A DNA stretch of 64,000 nt from Macrostomum lignano (lineage: Eukaryota), in the NCBI GenBank assembly GCA_002269645.1, contig NIVC01000578.1:1-64000 (forward strand), written 5' to 3'. Made by a program: the position numbers and the translations under genes. The notes under the pieces are model-generated. The model saw only the letters and a program-made list of their open reading frames with translations, had not been told where the DNA came from and searched no databases. Shown here piece by piece: positions 1-12,700 of this stretch (position 1 is the stretch's first letter; each line of letters starts with the position of its first letter).

Positions 1-812
1 ACTGAGAGGGGTATTCAGGAATGAGAGCGCAGTGGAGTGCGGTGTGTAAATAGCAGTGTACTACTAGTACTGTATAGAAAGATTCTAATCGAATGTCTCC
101 GTAATAAATTATTGGTGAAAAATATGCATTAATTGAGGAAAATAACAAAACTGGATACTAGACATACTACTTCTATAGTATTAGCTGAGTAGTTTGTATT
201 GCAAAATAATAAATAAGTAAAGAATAAGTCTATAAACTGGCGAACAGATTCAGGGGGTCGCAGCTGAAACCGTAGACAGCAAAATGGAAACACGACACGA
301 ATGTCAAAAACATATCTAACATATCTAAACTCGCTAGTTTAAAGGTTTAAAGTTACGCCACTGCTATAACGAGTATAATAAATCAATAAATAAAGCTAAG
401 AAAATAGCGGAATATTAGCGATATTATGATAACAGTTAATATTTGCAATATAAAACAATAAATTGAAATAAACAAGTGCTATATGGATGCGATTGCGCTG
501 CTTCCTACATCAGATATATCGGTAAATATATAAAGTGCCCGTATGCGTGAATAGAGCAGGGGGGGAGGCAACAGACCGGAGGCGGCAGTCCCTCAGAAAA
601 AGCATGTGAGCTACAATCTGTGAAGACGGAAAACTTTCGGTATCACTGAGAATGCCGCCTCTGTCTCCCCGCCCCCTTAGCCATTTGTGCTTGCCTGTGC
701 CGAGTTCTGAGTCAGCAATTGACCACAAAAACTGATTATGCGATTAGAATTATTTAAGAGTTAGCGCCACAGTCCTGACTGCGACTGCCCAGGTGATGGT
801 ACTCATCTCACC

Positions 813-2981
813 TCAGCACCGGGTCTCGTAAAGGCCGCTCTTGCCGATGTACCGAACCCACTTGATGACGTCATGATCCGAGTAGTTCAGCTTGGACTCG
901 AACACCTTTAGGTAGCGGACCTTGAAGCCGGACGGAGCGAAGGGCACCTGGAGGAGGTAGGGGTTGTTAATTCGATGCTGTCATCAATACTCCAGCAAGA
1001 AATCAATCAAAACTTACTACTCAACATTACTTAATAAGTAGCTGGAAAGGGTATTTTTGACACAAAACAATAAATTTCCAAAAAAGTTGCACTCAAGTTT
1101 TTTCTGCTTATCAATACTAAATATTATAGGCGCTAAAGGACCCGGGTTCGATTCCGTGCGATGTGCATGAGAAGGTGTCTGCAAAAAGTATTGCTCAGGA
1201 GTCAGCGGTCCGCAACCCCCCTTCGGGTGTTTTTATCGTCAGCTCACCGGACCATTGGGACCTTCAATACGATGACAACTTTGAGACTCTAGTTAGCCAG
1301 TGTCAATTAATTCGGTTCTAGAAATATAGAAAAAAATGAATTCCCAGACATTCACCTCGAAGTTCATGGAGATAGGCGGCCGAGTCCACTTCTTGGCCTT
1401 GTCAGTGGCGCTGAGCATGTCGATCTCCGCGCTCAGCTGCCACTCCTTCATGCCGCCCATTCGCTTGATCTTCCACACGATGGCGTTGTCGGAGGCCTTG
1501 TACCTGGCCTTGCCCTTCATGCAGATCACCTGCACTCCGCTGGTGTTCAGCGGGGTGGGGATTCGAACCTCCACCTTCTGGGCCAGCAGGGACGGCTTGA
1601 AGTTGCTCTTCACCACCACCTTGACCTCCATCTTGGTGCGGCCGATCTCGCGCACTAGCGGGATGACCCGGAACGGCAGGCTGATGTCCTTGGTGGTCCG
1701 GTAGCGCATCAGCTCGAACTCGCCGTCCGGCGGGATGAACGAGATGGCGTGCTCGGTGTCGAACTTGCTGAGCTTCACGCACTGGTGGAACTGGCAGTCG
1801 TCAATGGCGATGTGGCCGGCCTTGCCGCCGCCGCCGAGGTTGCCGCCGCCGGAAGTCGCGCCCGGCTCCTGCCGCTTGCTGTCCACCACAATCTTGTCGT
1901 TGATGCCGAACTTGCACTCGGGCATGCCGGACAGGAACGACTTCATCTGCACCCGGCCGGACACGTGGGCGGACAGCACCTGGCCTTGAGGCGACATCAG
2001 CAGGTTGACGGACTCGATCACGTCGAGGAACAGCTCGTTGCGCCGGTACTTGATGCCCTCCCGGCGCCAGGCAATCTGTCCCGTGACCTGCGGTGGCGAA
2101 TCGGCCAATTTTTATAAGTCAGTCTTGACGCTTAGCATCCAAGTGGTAGCAGTGCCTCAGCAACAGGATATCTTAGCAACAGACAAGATAGATATCTAGC
2201 AACAGACAGGGTGCCTAAGGAACGGGCAACTTCCCCTAGCAACAGACAGGGTGCTAAGGAACGGGCAACTTCCCCTCAGACAGGGTGCCTAAGGAACGGG
2301 CAACTTCCCCTAGCAACAGACAGGGTGCCTAAGGAACGGGCAACTTCCCCTAGCAACAGACAGGGTGCCTAAGGAACGGGCAACTTCCCCCTAGCAACAG
2401 ACAGGGTGCCTAAGGAACGGGCAACTTTCCCTGACCCCTAGCAACAGACAGGGTGCCTAAGGAACGGGCAACTTCCCCTAGCAACAGACAGGAGACCTGA
2501 CAGGCAAGGTCCCCAGAAAACATACCTGGTTAGTAATCTTGGTGGTCTCCTCCTTAGTCTGGGACTTGATTCCCTGCTGGGTGATGTAGGTCTTGAGAAT
2601 GCCCGTGTCGGTGTTCTGCGGATAGCCGTAGTCCATGATCTCGTCAAGCAGCTCATAGATGAGCACAAAGTTATTCTTGATGTTGTCCTCGTTAATCTTG
2701 CCAAAGTAGTTGCCCATGACCTCCACCATCTTGTAAAGAAACTGGAACACCAGGGCGGCATTGACGTTCTTCTTGGCCGCGGCGCAGATCCAAATATTGG
2801 ATCGCTTGATGTGGAAGAAGCTGGTGTGCGCGATGTTGGTCACCGGCGAGCGCACCTGCTGCCTGGCGTGGATGACGTTGACTCGAAAAGCGTCCACGGC
2901 GTTGCGCCCGATGTCGTCTCGGTAGACGCGAGAGATCAGCACCTCGCCTTTGTGGTTGTACACAAATAGGCCGCCTATCAT
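813..2981 (-). CDS. AP2M1: AP-2 complex subunit mu (clathrin adaptor medium chain), 3 coding exons: 2981-2526, 2087-1356, 947-813; ~440 aa
   Basis: N-terminus [47 protein letters not shown], core [28 protein letters not shown] and C-terminus [44 protein letters not shown] are the recognisable mu2 sequence. Both introns are GT-AG, phase 0. Confidence 0.97.
2198..2492. repeat. ~40-bp minisatellite (AGCAACAGACAGGGTGCCTAAGGAACGGGCAACTTCCCCT), ~7 copies, in AP2M1 intron 1
   Basis: Tandem copies read directly. Confidence 0.9.
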
Positions 2982-4994
2982 TGCTGCTGCTGCCAAGGGC
3001 TTGGAACCTTTAAATATCCGCAAAAAACTACGCGCGCTGGTTCAGGGTTCAGCTGAGGGCCACACAATGTCTAATCCTGTCTGACTTCAGGAGAACTGCA
3101 GGAGGTTAGGTCAGGTCAGGTAGCCAGCAAGTGGTAACTCATTTAATATGAATTAACAATGTTAAAAGTGAAATCTTGGTTAAAACATTTTAATTTTATT
3201 TTAACATTATTGTTTTACTGTTCCAATACTTTGCTTACCAACTATGGTCACTTGAAATGATATGCTCAAACATTGGATTATGAATATTTAAAATTGATTA
3301 GATTGCATGTTTACTCAATGCTCCATATTGTCATTCTCAATGCATTGACTCTAGTCCCTATCTGATAGGGATGTTGTAAGGATTATTTGATAAGGATAAT
3401 ATTGTGTTTAGGATAGAGAGAGCCCAATTTATTTGTATCAATGCACTTATGAATACTTATTCTCTTTCATCAATTTTCTCTGTTAACTGAGCAGTTTATT
3501 TCATTAGATAAATAAAATTTGACAATGAGGCCAATGAGGAAAAGTTAAAAGAGAAAATGCCTAAAGACAGCTGTCTCATTTCACTAAAGGCCAGAAACAT
3601 TGTTGACAAGTTCACATCACAAACAACAAAATATTGTCTGCTAAAGGTACTGAGCTTAGATTAAGAGCTATTCTGGCAAATGTAAAACTGCAAGACAATA
3701 CTCTGGATAACCACTATAAGCAAGTTGAAGGTCATCAGGAATCTACCAGTACACATTCAAACTAAAAATGAATGGAAAAGTTAGCTTGCTTTAATTTGCT
3801 AATATAATGAATTACTTTCTTATTAATTTCTCTTTATATTATATATCAATAGTATCAATATATCATTGTATCTAATAAATTTTTACTCTGAAAAAAGTTA
3901 AAAGAATCTTAATACACTGAATATTCTGAAATAAAATCCATTTTTCCATTCTAAATTATCCAAATTCAAACTATTAGACTAATAGAACTTATTGGTACCA
4001 TTATTTCTAAAGTAATCCAATTATATTTACTGAAAGTTATTTCTTATTGAATGGAAAATAATTGAAAAATTTTTCTTTTAATAAGATGCCCAAAACTGAT
4101 CATTTTTATTATTTGTAATTCAAATATAGTGCTTCCAATAACTTTTTCCCTATATAAACATTCAGTAATGCTACAAAATAAAGCTAATTATTATAATTAT
4201 TTTATTATATTCTTTTGGATTAGCAAAGCTTGATATTAGCTGAATGATATATATTAAAGTAATTTTATAATATAATTTACTTTAAAGAGAGAACTAAAAT
4301 GCTTTTTAACCTTTTTCAAATAAAAAAGAAAACAACTACTATGTAATGGACTCAAACTAGTATAGGAGACAAATATAAGATAGCCAAATTTGACCATCTG
4401 ATTTTGTAGTTTCCAAAAACAAATTTGCATAGTCAGTCATATGTTTAATGCTTAGTCAGTGCTGATATACTATACATGTTACTTTGAAGTGGTTGTCTAT
4501 ATTTTTGTTTTAATCTTACCTACTCCTTAATTGCTTTTTATTTATATATCAATCATGGTAAAATAATGCATTTCTTCTAAATACTGAAGCTTTCTATATG
4601 TATAACAAACAGTATACTTTTTCCTATAGGGCTAGTATATTGCTTGCAATAATTGCAATTCAATGTTAAGCCAATTGCAAAAACTATAATTCACTTGCAA
4701 TCTGCCATGCAATCTACTTACAAACAATTGTCAATATATGTGCAAGATCTATATGCCACTTGCAATCAAGTCCCAATTATTGCAATTTCAGTTGCTTAGG
4801 ATATCCCAGGCATCTGGATAAAAAGCCTCATGGATAACATGAGCTCTGTTTAATTGGCCATAGAGCCCAACTCCATCTAGCTATTTGAGCCAGACTACCA
4901 TGTTATACCACCACTATTACCTACAACTTGGACTAGCAAATTGAGCTATAGCTTAATTGGCACTTGGCTGCCAAATGCAAGCAATGACCTGGAG

Positions 4995-5288
4995 CATACA
5001 TGCGCAACAGTCGGCTGAGTCGGCCGATCTGGCTGACCGATTTGGCGGCCAACCAAAGAAGTCGCAAAAATGCCCAACAAAAAAACCCAAGTAGTAGTAC
5101 AAAGTAGCCGACGAGGCATTTTGGCTAAATAAAACAGTCATAGTTACTCCTGCCGTTTACCCAAAGTTGCGTTAATTTTGTTCTAGGGTTTTTTACATAT
5201 AAGTCACATTTTTGGCCAAAAAGTACGTCACATTTTTGTTAAAACTAAGTCGCATGGCCAACTGAAATTTGGGGGTTGCGCATGTATG
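4995..5288. mobile_element. 294-bp non-autonomous hAT-type MITE
   Basis: Perfect 14-bp TIR CATACATGCGCAAC...GTTGCGCATGTATG, flanked by identical 8-bp ACCTGGAG at 4987-4994 and 5289-5296. An 8-bp TSD is typical of the hAT superfamily. Confidence 0.85.
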
Positions 5289-8140
5289 ACCTGGAGACTG
5301 AACTATAGGACCAGACCTAGCAATTACCTGAGCTACTGCTGTGGGAAATCAATGAGAAATTAGCCCCAGCACTAGATACATTAGCAATTGCTAGAAATGG
5401 ACCAGCCTAACCTACCACTACAAGCTAGCAATTGCCACTTTGGCAATTGAAATGGCCACCACTATAACTGCAATTTAGCTCTACAACAAGACTGAAGGTC
5501 AGCAGCTAGGGCTTTGTTATACCTTGGTGGCTCTGGCCATTGACCACTTAGCTATCTAGCATAGAAGGCTACCCATTACCAGTAGAACAACTTTGCTACT
5601 GTGCTTATATTGCAAGCTTGGCTACAACTTTGGACCAGTCTCAAGTGGCCCTGCTTGACAATATTGCATGCAATATATGGCTGGCCAATTAAGAAAACCA
5701 AGCCCTAGTGCACTATAGCAAATACCCATAACCCAGCAAAACATAAGTATGGATTTTGACCACATTTTGGTGCTCCTTGACTGCCATATGGTGATCTAGC
5801 ATAGCAACCCAGTTGGCCTCAGCAGAAGAGGTGTCACTAGCCAGAAAGGGTGGCACTTGAATGCCAGCAGATAGAACAGCAGTGCCAGCACTGGTGGCAG
5901 TCATGCATTGTTATTGGCATCAGCTTCCTCCGATGTGCGTTGGCTGCCAAGGTCAGCTGACCCTGATGTCTCTCCAACATCAGCATGTAAGCAACTGCCT
6001 GTGTGCATTGACTCTGCAGCATTGAACTTTGGCAGTTGCTCATTGGCCAGGACCTTTTCAAGCGCCATCTCTAGACACAAAAAATATCTGACCTGCTGTT
6101 GCAGTTCCTCCATCTGTGTGTTGATTTCTGCAACTGGACTGTATGTCAGTCCAGCTCAGTCTCTGTATATATAGGTGTGAAAGGAATACATCAGGGAGGG
6201 AGTAAAAAGTGTTGCATAGTGGACACAATTACCTTGCACTGGCCAAGAGATATAGCAGCAAGATGTTGCTACAGTTTGAAAGGTATAATACTGCAACCAT
6301 GTGTTCACTTACTTCTGGCATCGGACAAGTCATAGAGGTAGGATGTATCAAGCTGCAGGCCACAGCATGACCTAACCTGCTTATACAATATCAATAGATA
6401 GTGACCCATTAAATATATATGCACCCTTTTTTATGTAGACTTGTAAAAAACCTGAATTTTTTCAGACCATCACTGATGGGACAGCAAGCGTCACCAATGG
6501 GATAATGTTTAGAGTCACAAGTTTATATAACAACATGCACCTATACAGCTTAAGCTTATATATAAGCATCTTAACTACCTAGTTTTGCATTGATAAAGAA
6601 AAGAAAAATTAAGCAAGAAAACTGTAAGAGTTATTTTTGGCAAGGAAAAAAAATGCATCCCAGCTTATATTTTAGAACGTTTCTTGATTGCATTTCAAAT
6701 GTATTTTGACCACATCATGCCATTTTGAACGTTTCTTGACCATATTTGACCACATTTTGATTATAAGTTGACCATTTTTGATTGCATTTATTTAACTGCA
6801 AAATGGGCAAGGTAGACTGTTTTTTTTTTACTTTCACAGCAAAATTTTTTGATGGGAAGGACTAAGAGATCCAATGTTCATTTTGTCAAAGCAGCACTCT
6901 TATGCCTATGGTAAAAGAGGCTACCATATTGATTTTTTTAGACTTGTAAAATAAAGACTCATCCCTTTGTCCCAAGACTGGCCCTGACTTTCAACCCTAA
7001 AGTGTTCCTTCATATCATTTTATAATTGTCCTATTTCCTGGGTTTAGTCTTTTTTCTTGTGGTTAGTACATCTTTTACTTTTTCTAGCCTTGTCTCTCCT
7101 TTGCTTGCTTTTTTACTTTATCTATGATTTAAATATATTTCATATATCTACCATTTGCTATTTTGTGTTTAACCATTTTCATGTCCTCCCTTGCCCCTCG
7201 GCCAATGCTTGTCCTATTTTAACTAAAACCTACTGTCTAGGTTTGTCCACTGAATATTTTCTGGGTTTTTAAATATACCCACTTTATACTGCTCTACATT
7301 AACGGTTTTTTCTTATTTTCTTACTTATTTTTTTTGAATATTCTAGATTATTTTGCATTTTTCTTATTTACTACCCATTTATTGCTTGAACCCCATGTAG
7401 ATTAGCCTTTTTGCAATGCAGCTCCTTCATTTTATCATATGCAATCAATTCTAAGCTGAACTTGATCAATAAATAATGATTGTTCAAGTGCATTTATTCT
7501 TTGATAAGCCCAAAGCTTTATCTTAAATTGCCTATGGGGAAAAATAACCATATTTTCCAACTCTAAGTAAACTTTAAGAATTAGATATTCTATAAATATT
7601 ATATAAATTATAACTATAATTAGCAATATTATATTACTAATAATAAGCTTCAACATAAATCAATGCATTTTAAAACCTTGGTATTAAAGGACTTTAATGG
7701 CTGTGCCTAATTACAACTAGGCCCTACTCAACAATAGTCTTAGCTACCTTTCTTTGAAATTGAAAACCCATAGGCCCTGGCAGATAGAATAACCCTATAA
7801 ACAAAATTCACAAGATTTGACCATGTGATATTTCTTTTAGCTTTAAACATAAAAACTCTAATTCAAATGGCAGTTGAACTTTTTAAATTTTGAGTTTGCC
7901 ACAACATTTCAATTTTTTTGTTTTGCAACTACTCTCATCTTACAAATAATCTTAGTTATTAGCCAATATAAGCTAGGCTATTTAGGTCTATGAATTATTA
8001 AGTTTAAAGATTAGGGTATATTAGCAATAGATATTATTTATTCATTGCTTAGTCTTATCAAAAAATAATTGACCACTAAGTTAAATGGCATATGACAAGT
8101 ATGAAAACAGAAAAATAGAAGGAAATAGAATAAAAATAAT

Positions 8141-9128
8141 TTGGCATTCCTTTGTTTTACGATCATTTTTCCACCCACATTTCGGTTCACGATCCCCATG
8201 TAATTTTTCATATAAATGATCATAGCTTGCTTGAAATAAACAAAAATTGTTAAACTGAGCTTATTCGTTACATTAAAAAAAACTGAACGGAATAGCCGAC
8301 AAATGGTTTCTTTCATGGCATGGCAATGACAAGGATCCTATATATCTACTTTGGTTTACGATCATTTAAACGGAAGCAATACATGTATGATGTAAATGAT
8401 TATGAACCAAAGCTAGCGTATGTGTGTAAGGGGGTTTTGGTGTTTTACAAGCTCTATCTGAAATCGATCACTATCTCAATATATGGCTAGCTTTGGTTCA
8501 CGATCATTTACATGTATTTTTTCCATTTAAATGATCGTGTACCGAAGCTGAGGGGGGGGTGTCGAAGACATATGTAGTCATATATTTATTTGGTGGCTTG
8601 TTGGCGATTGAAATGTCATCTTGAGTTAACGTGCGCTCCCAAGTAACTTGATGCTTTATTATTCTCTGCACGCTGCCACCCCCCTCAGCTTTGGTTTACA
8701 ATCATTTAGATGTAAGCAATATATGTCAATGATCGTGAATCGAAGCTAGCCATGTATTGAGATAGTGATCGATTTTAGATAGAGCTTGTAAAACACCAAA
8801 CCCCCCTTACATACATACGCTAGCTTTGGTTCACGATCATTTACATGTATCTCTTCCATTTAAATGATCGTAAACTGAAGTGGATATAGGATCATCTTTG
8901 GATTCTTGGAACTGTGAAATGGATCACTATAGGCCCTAACCCCTTTACCTTCTTGTTTCATTTGAACATGCAGCTAGTGTTATGATGGATAAATAAAAAG
9001 GATTGGAGTGCTTGTCTACACAGTTTTTTTTTGCATTTTGATGAAATAAACAACAATTTTGTATCTTCCCTATCTCTCCAATGGGGATCGTCACTAATTT
9101 CAATGATCGTAAACAAAAGGAATGCCAA
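8141..9128. mobile_element. ~1-kb foldback/MITE-like element with terminal and internal inverted repeats
   Basis: Ends TTGGCATTCCTTTGTTTTACGATCATT / AATGATCGTAAACAAAAGGAATGCCAA. Internal ~225-bp imperfect inverted arms at ~8333-8560 and ~8676-8893. TAAT lies on both flanks (possible TSD). Confidence 0.7.
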
Positions 9129-9768
9129 TAATTTTATACTAAGTTTTTTACTACTAGTCTACTAGGGCCTCCAGTCGTCTTGTCGCTGGATTGACTGGAA
9201 GCCAGCCTAAAAGTCTAAAACATGCATGCCTATTCAACTGTTTTAAGGCCTATTTGATTTCTATAAAGCTTTATATTTGACGACTGACATAAAAACGAGA
9301 TAAAAGATTCATAAATAGTTTCTATTTATTTTATAAACACTTCCAAACCAAAAAATGACATATAAAAACAGATTCATAATATGTTTCTTTTTTAATAATA
9401 GCCAATAGGCCTACCCTTAGATTTATTGTGAATTTATAAAAAAATGCTCCCTACATCTACATACGTTTTTAAAAAGTTTTAATGGTAAAACTAATTAAAT
9501 ACGGCTTATGCTAGTTTCACAAAGTTATTCTTTTAATTAAGTTTGCAACACAGTAAATAAACTTTATTATTTTGTTTCTTAATCTTTAAAAGCTTTATTT
9601 AGTACACGATGATTGTATTGAGCGCATTTTTAACATTTGTAAACTTCGCAACTTCCGTTTCCTGGAAGGGTTTTAAGCTAATGCGTTTAAGCTAGAATAT
9701 GTTCGCGGTGTAGTAGGGAACACACGCGTCTTTATTTTTTGCATTTCTGTACTACTCATAACAACAAA

Positions 9769-12700
9769 ATGCCCATTAATAAGCAGGGTAAGTTACTGTT
9801 CATGTAATTAATACTAATATGTGACATCTCAAACCTGTAAATTGCTACAAAAGTGTTGCTCATTTCATTCTTTTACTGAGGTGTCAAATAATATAAGATA
9901 GGAAGCTAGCTAAATAAATTAGGAGTTTGGAATATCATTCTACAACACTACTCAAAATGTGTTTTGTCTGTAGCTTTGAAGAAGTAACAAGTATTTGAAT
10001 AATTGAATTAATTGATTTTGACTTTCTTAATCTAAATATACTAAATCTCAAAGGTTTGTATGTCCATAACGCTCTAGAGATTGCAATTCTTGACCAATTG
10101 GAATACTATTTTTATTGTTTAATAGGTATTTTTTCATTAGACTAAATGATTTTTGGATTGAGATCTGAATTAAGGTGTTTCATAATTTCATTTTTCATAT
10201 TAGTCTTCATACTATAGTATGAAATACATCCAAACATATAATGTTTAAAATAGGCTAGGCCCAACGCATTTTTTGTGAATTAAGATTTACACTATTAGAT
10301 GTGTTGTTATATGAAAAGGAACTACTATTAATTTTAGGTAAAAATAAATAAAAATGCATATTTTAGTTAAAAATACATGCAACAAGGACACCTTGATATC
10401 TGAAATGTGTATGGTAAAATATTGTATTTATTATATGCTAGAGGCTTAAGTTCATCACTCGAACGATTCAGGCATTATTGAATTACATTCTCAGTTTACT
10501 CTGCATGCTTTGCCATTGTCAATCCTGCATGCTGACTTGTCAAATGAGAATGCATGCAATTGCAATTTAGCATTTTTTCTCTGATTCAGTTATAGTTTCT
10601 GCTTGCTTTTTTGAGAATTCACTCAATAATCAAATTTACAAAAAAATAATTCAAGCAAACAGAAATATGATGATATTCACTGGCCAGTAATAAAACTAAT
10701 TATAAATGCTGTAAAGTAACAAACGCTGTCAGTTTGATTGACATTCTCTGTCACAGATTTATTCACTACACAGATTTTACTCGATTTCACCTAAGTAAAA
10801 AAGTCGATCACTTGAACTTCTTGGGGCCTCTGGAACAGCCGAGTCCATCATCATTGAGCATGCACCAGCTGCCAGCGTGACAGAAGCGATGCCGCCCCCT
10901 CCATTTCCGATGTTCTCCGCCTGAACAGTCCCAAATTCAATGCAGTCTGGAGTAGTTTCCCGTCCCGGCGCCTTCCGCCCTCAGAACTCAGAGGAGGAGA
11001 CGCAGCGGCTGTGGGGCAGGAAAGACAGGGGATAATCAATGTGATTGACTAAATGAGTGGTAGGGGAGAGGCGCAGACTCCATTCCCGAAGACTTGCTGG
11101 TTTGGGGACTTGGCCGCAACCAACTCATGCATGAGACTCATTGCACCTCATTGCGCTTCGCTTCCTCTTTCATTCTTGCTAAAGAAAACTTTTCTGTCAA
11201 CGAGGTTTCTGCCGGCTTCGCCCCTCCCAGTTCGCCCCGCTGCATCTGCTGACTAGCGGCTGTAATTCAGGTTGAAAGAATGAACTTTTGCTGCACTGCA
11301 CCCGAAATTTGTCTTATTAAATGGAATCTCACTAAATTCACGTTTAAAACACTGAAGGTTCATAGAAACTTGAATTATTACATGTCTGTTGCTCTGGACA
11401 GTGAAATTATATCGTTAAAAAAAACCAACCTTCTTAGAAACCCGACCTTTCTGTAGCAAAAATCAATGAAGCAGATTTGATATCCGGATCTACTTTAATC
11501 TTTAGGATCTCAGTTCAAGGCAACGCCGTATGCCTTTGCCAGCCCTTTCCCCCATAGTCTGCTTCACCGATCCAAGTGACAGGCTCTAATCCGATCAAAC
11601 TTATTTAGGTTTGTGATTAACACTGCAACTATAAGCTATATTGCTGCTAGTATCAATTGGGCAAATTTGCCAGCGCTCACGCATGTCTACTGTGCTCAAT
11701 TCCGTTTGACAGACGCGACTCGAGCCCTGGAGCTGCTTGAGCAGTACCAGACTCAGCTGAACGCGACCGAGGACGCTAAGCTGAGGGCCGCCATCGAGCG
11801 AGTCATTCGAATCTTCAAGTCCAAGCTGTTTAATGCTCTTGTCGGTGAGTGCAATAGTTACAGCTCATAACGGACTGAACTGTATTTTGGGAACACAAAC
11901 ATCTCTAGCTGTGCAGTCTCAGTTCACCCCCACCGGCCCTAACACAGAAATTCAAGAGTTTTACGAGGTGACGCTGCTGGATGAGAACAAATCGTTGGAG
12001 CAGAAAGCGATGGAAACTCAGCGAGTTGCCGACCGATGGGCCGACGGGCCTCAGTCTGCGAATGGACCGACGAGGCAGCAGAAGGTGAGTCGCTTTTTGG
12101 CAAGCTGACGGAATAACCAGTGGCTGAGTCAGGCTATTCAGTGACTGGATAACAGGCTATTCAGTGACTTGATAGCAGGCTGTTCAGTGACTGGATTACA
12201 GGCTATTCAGTGACTGGATAACAGGCTATTCAGTGACTGGATAACAGGCTATTCAGTGACAGGATAACAGGCTATTCAGTGACTGGATAGCAGGCTGTTC
12301 AGTGACTGGATTACAGGCTATTCAGTGACTGGATTACAGGCTATTCAGTGACTGGATAACAGGCTATTCAGTGACTGGATAACAGGCTATTCAGTGACAG
12401 GATAACAGGCTATTCAGTGACTGGATAGCAGGCTGTTCAGTGACTGGATTACAGGCTATTCAGTGACAGGATAACAGGCTATTTAGTAACTAAAGTAAAC
12501 AATCCAGTGCTGGAAAAAGTTGTAAGAGAAAGGTCTTTAAGGTCTAGAGCCTCCTGAGCAGCTTTGGTACTTACGTGGCACACTGTCAGGGCTGCAACAC
12601 GTTATCGATCGGTCTAGCATTGATTTGCTTTTAGTGGGAAAAAAGTAAGACCTTTTTGTGTGCTTGCATCTGCTGTACTCAAATTCTAAAACTCTTGCGT

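Noticed and set aside
1125-1260. GGGTTCGATTCC B-box motif in AP2M1 intron 2
   Set aside because: No A-box or cloverleaf could be built; at most a 5'-truncated SINE fragment.
5713-6335. Cluster of short overlapping ORFs between AP2M1 and DLG
   Set aside because: No recognisable domain or convincing splice structure.
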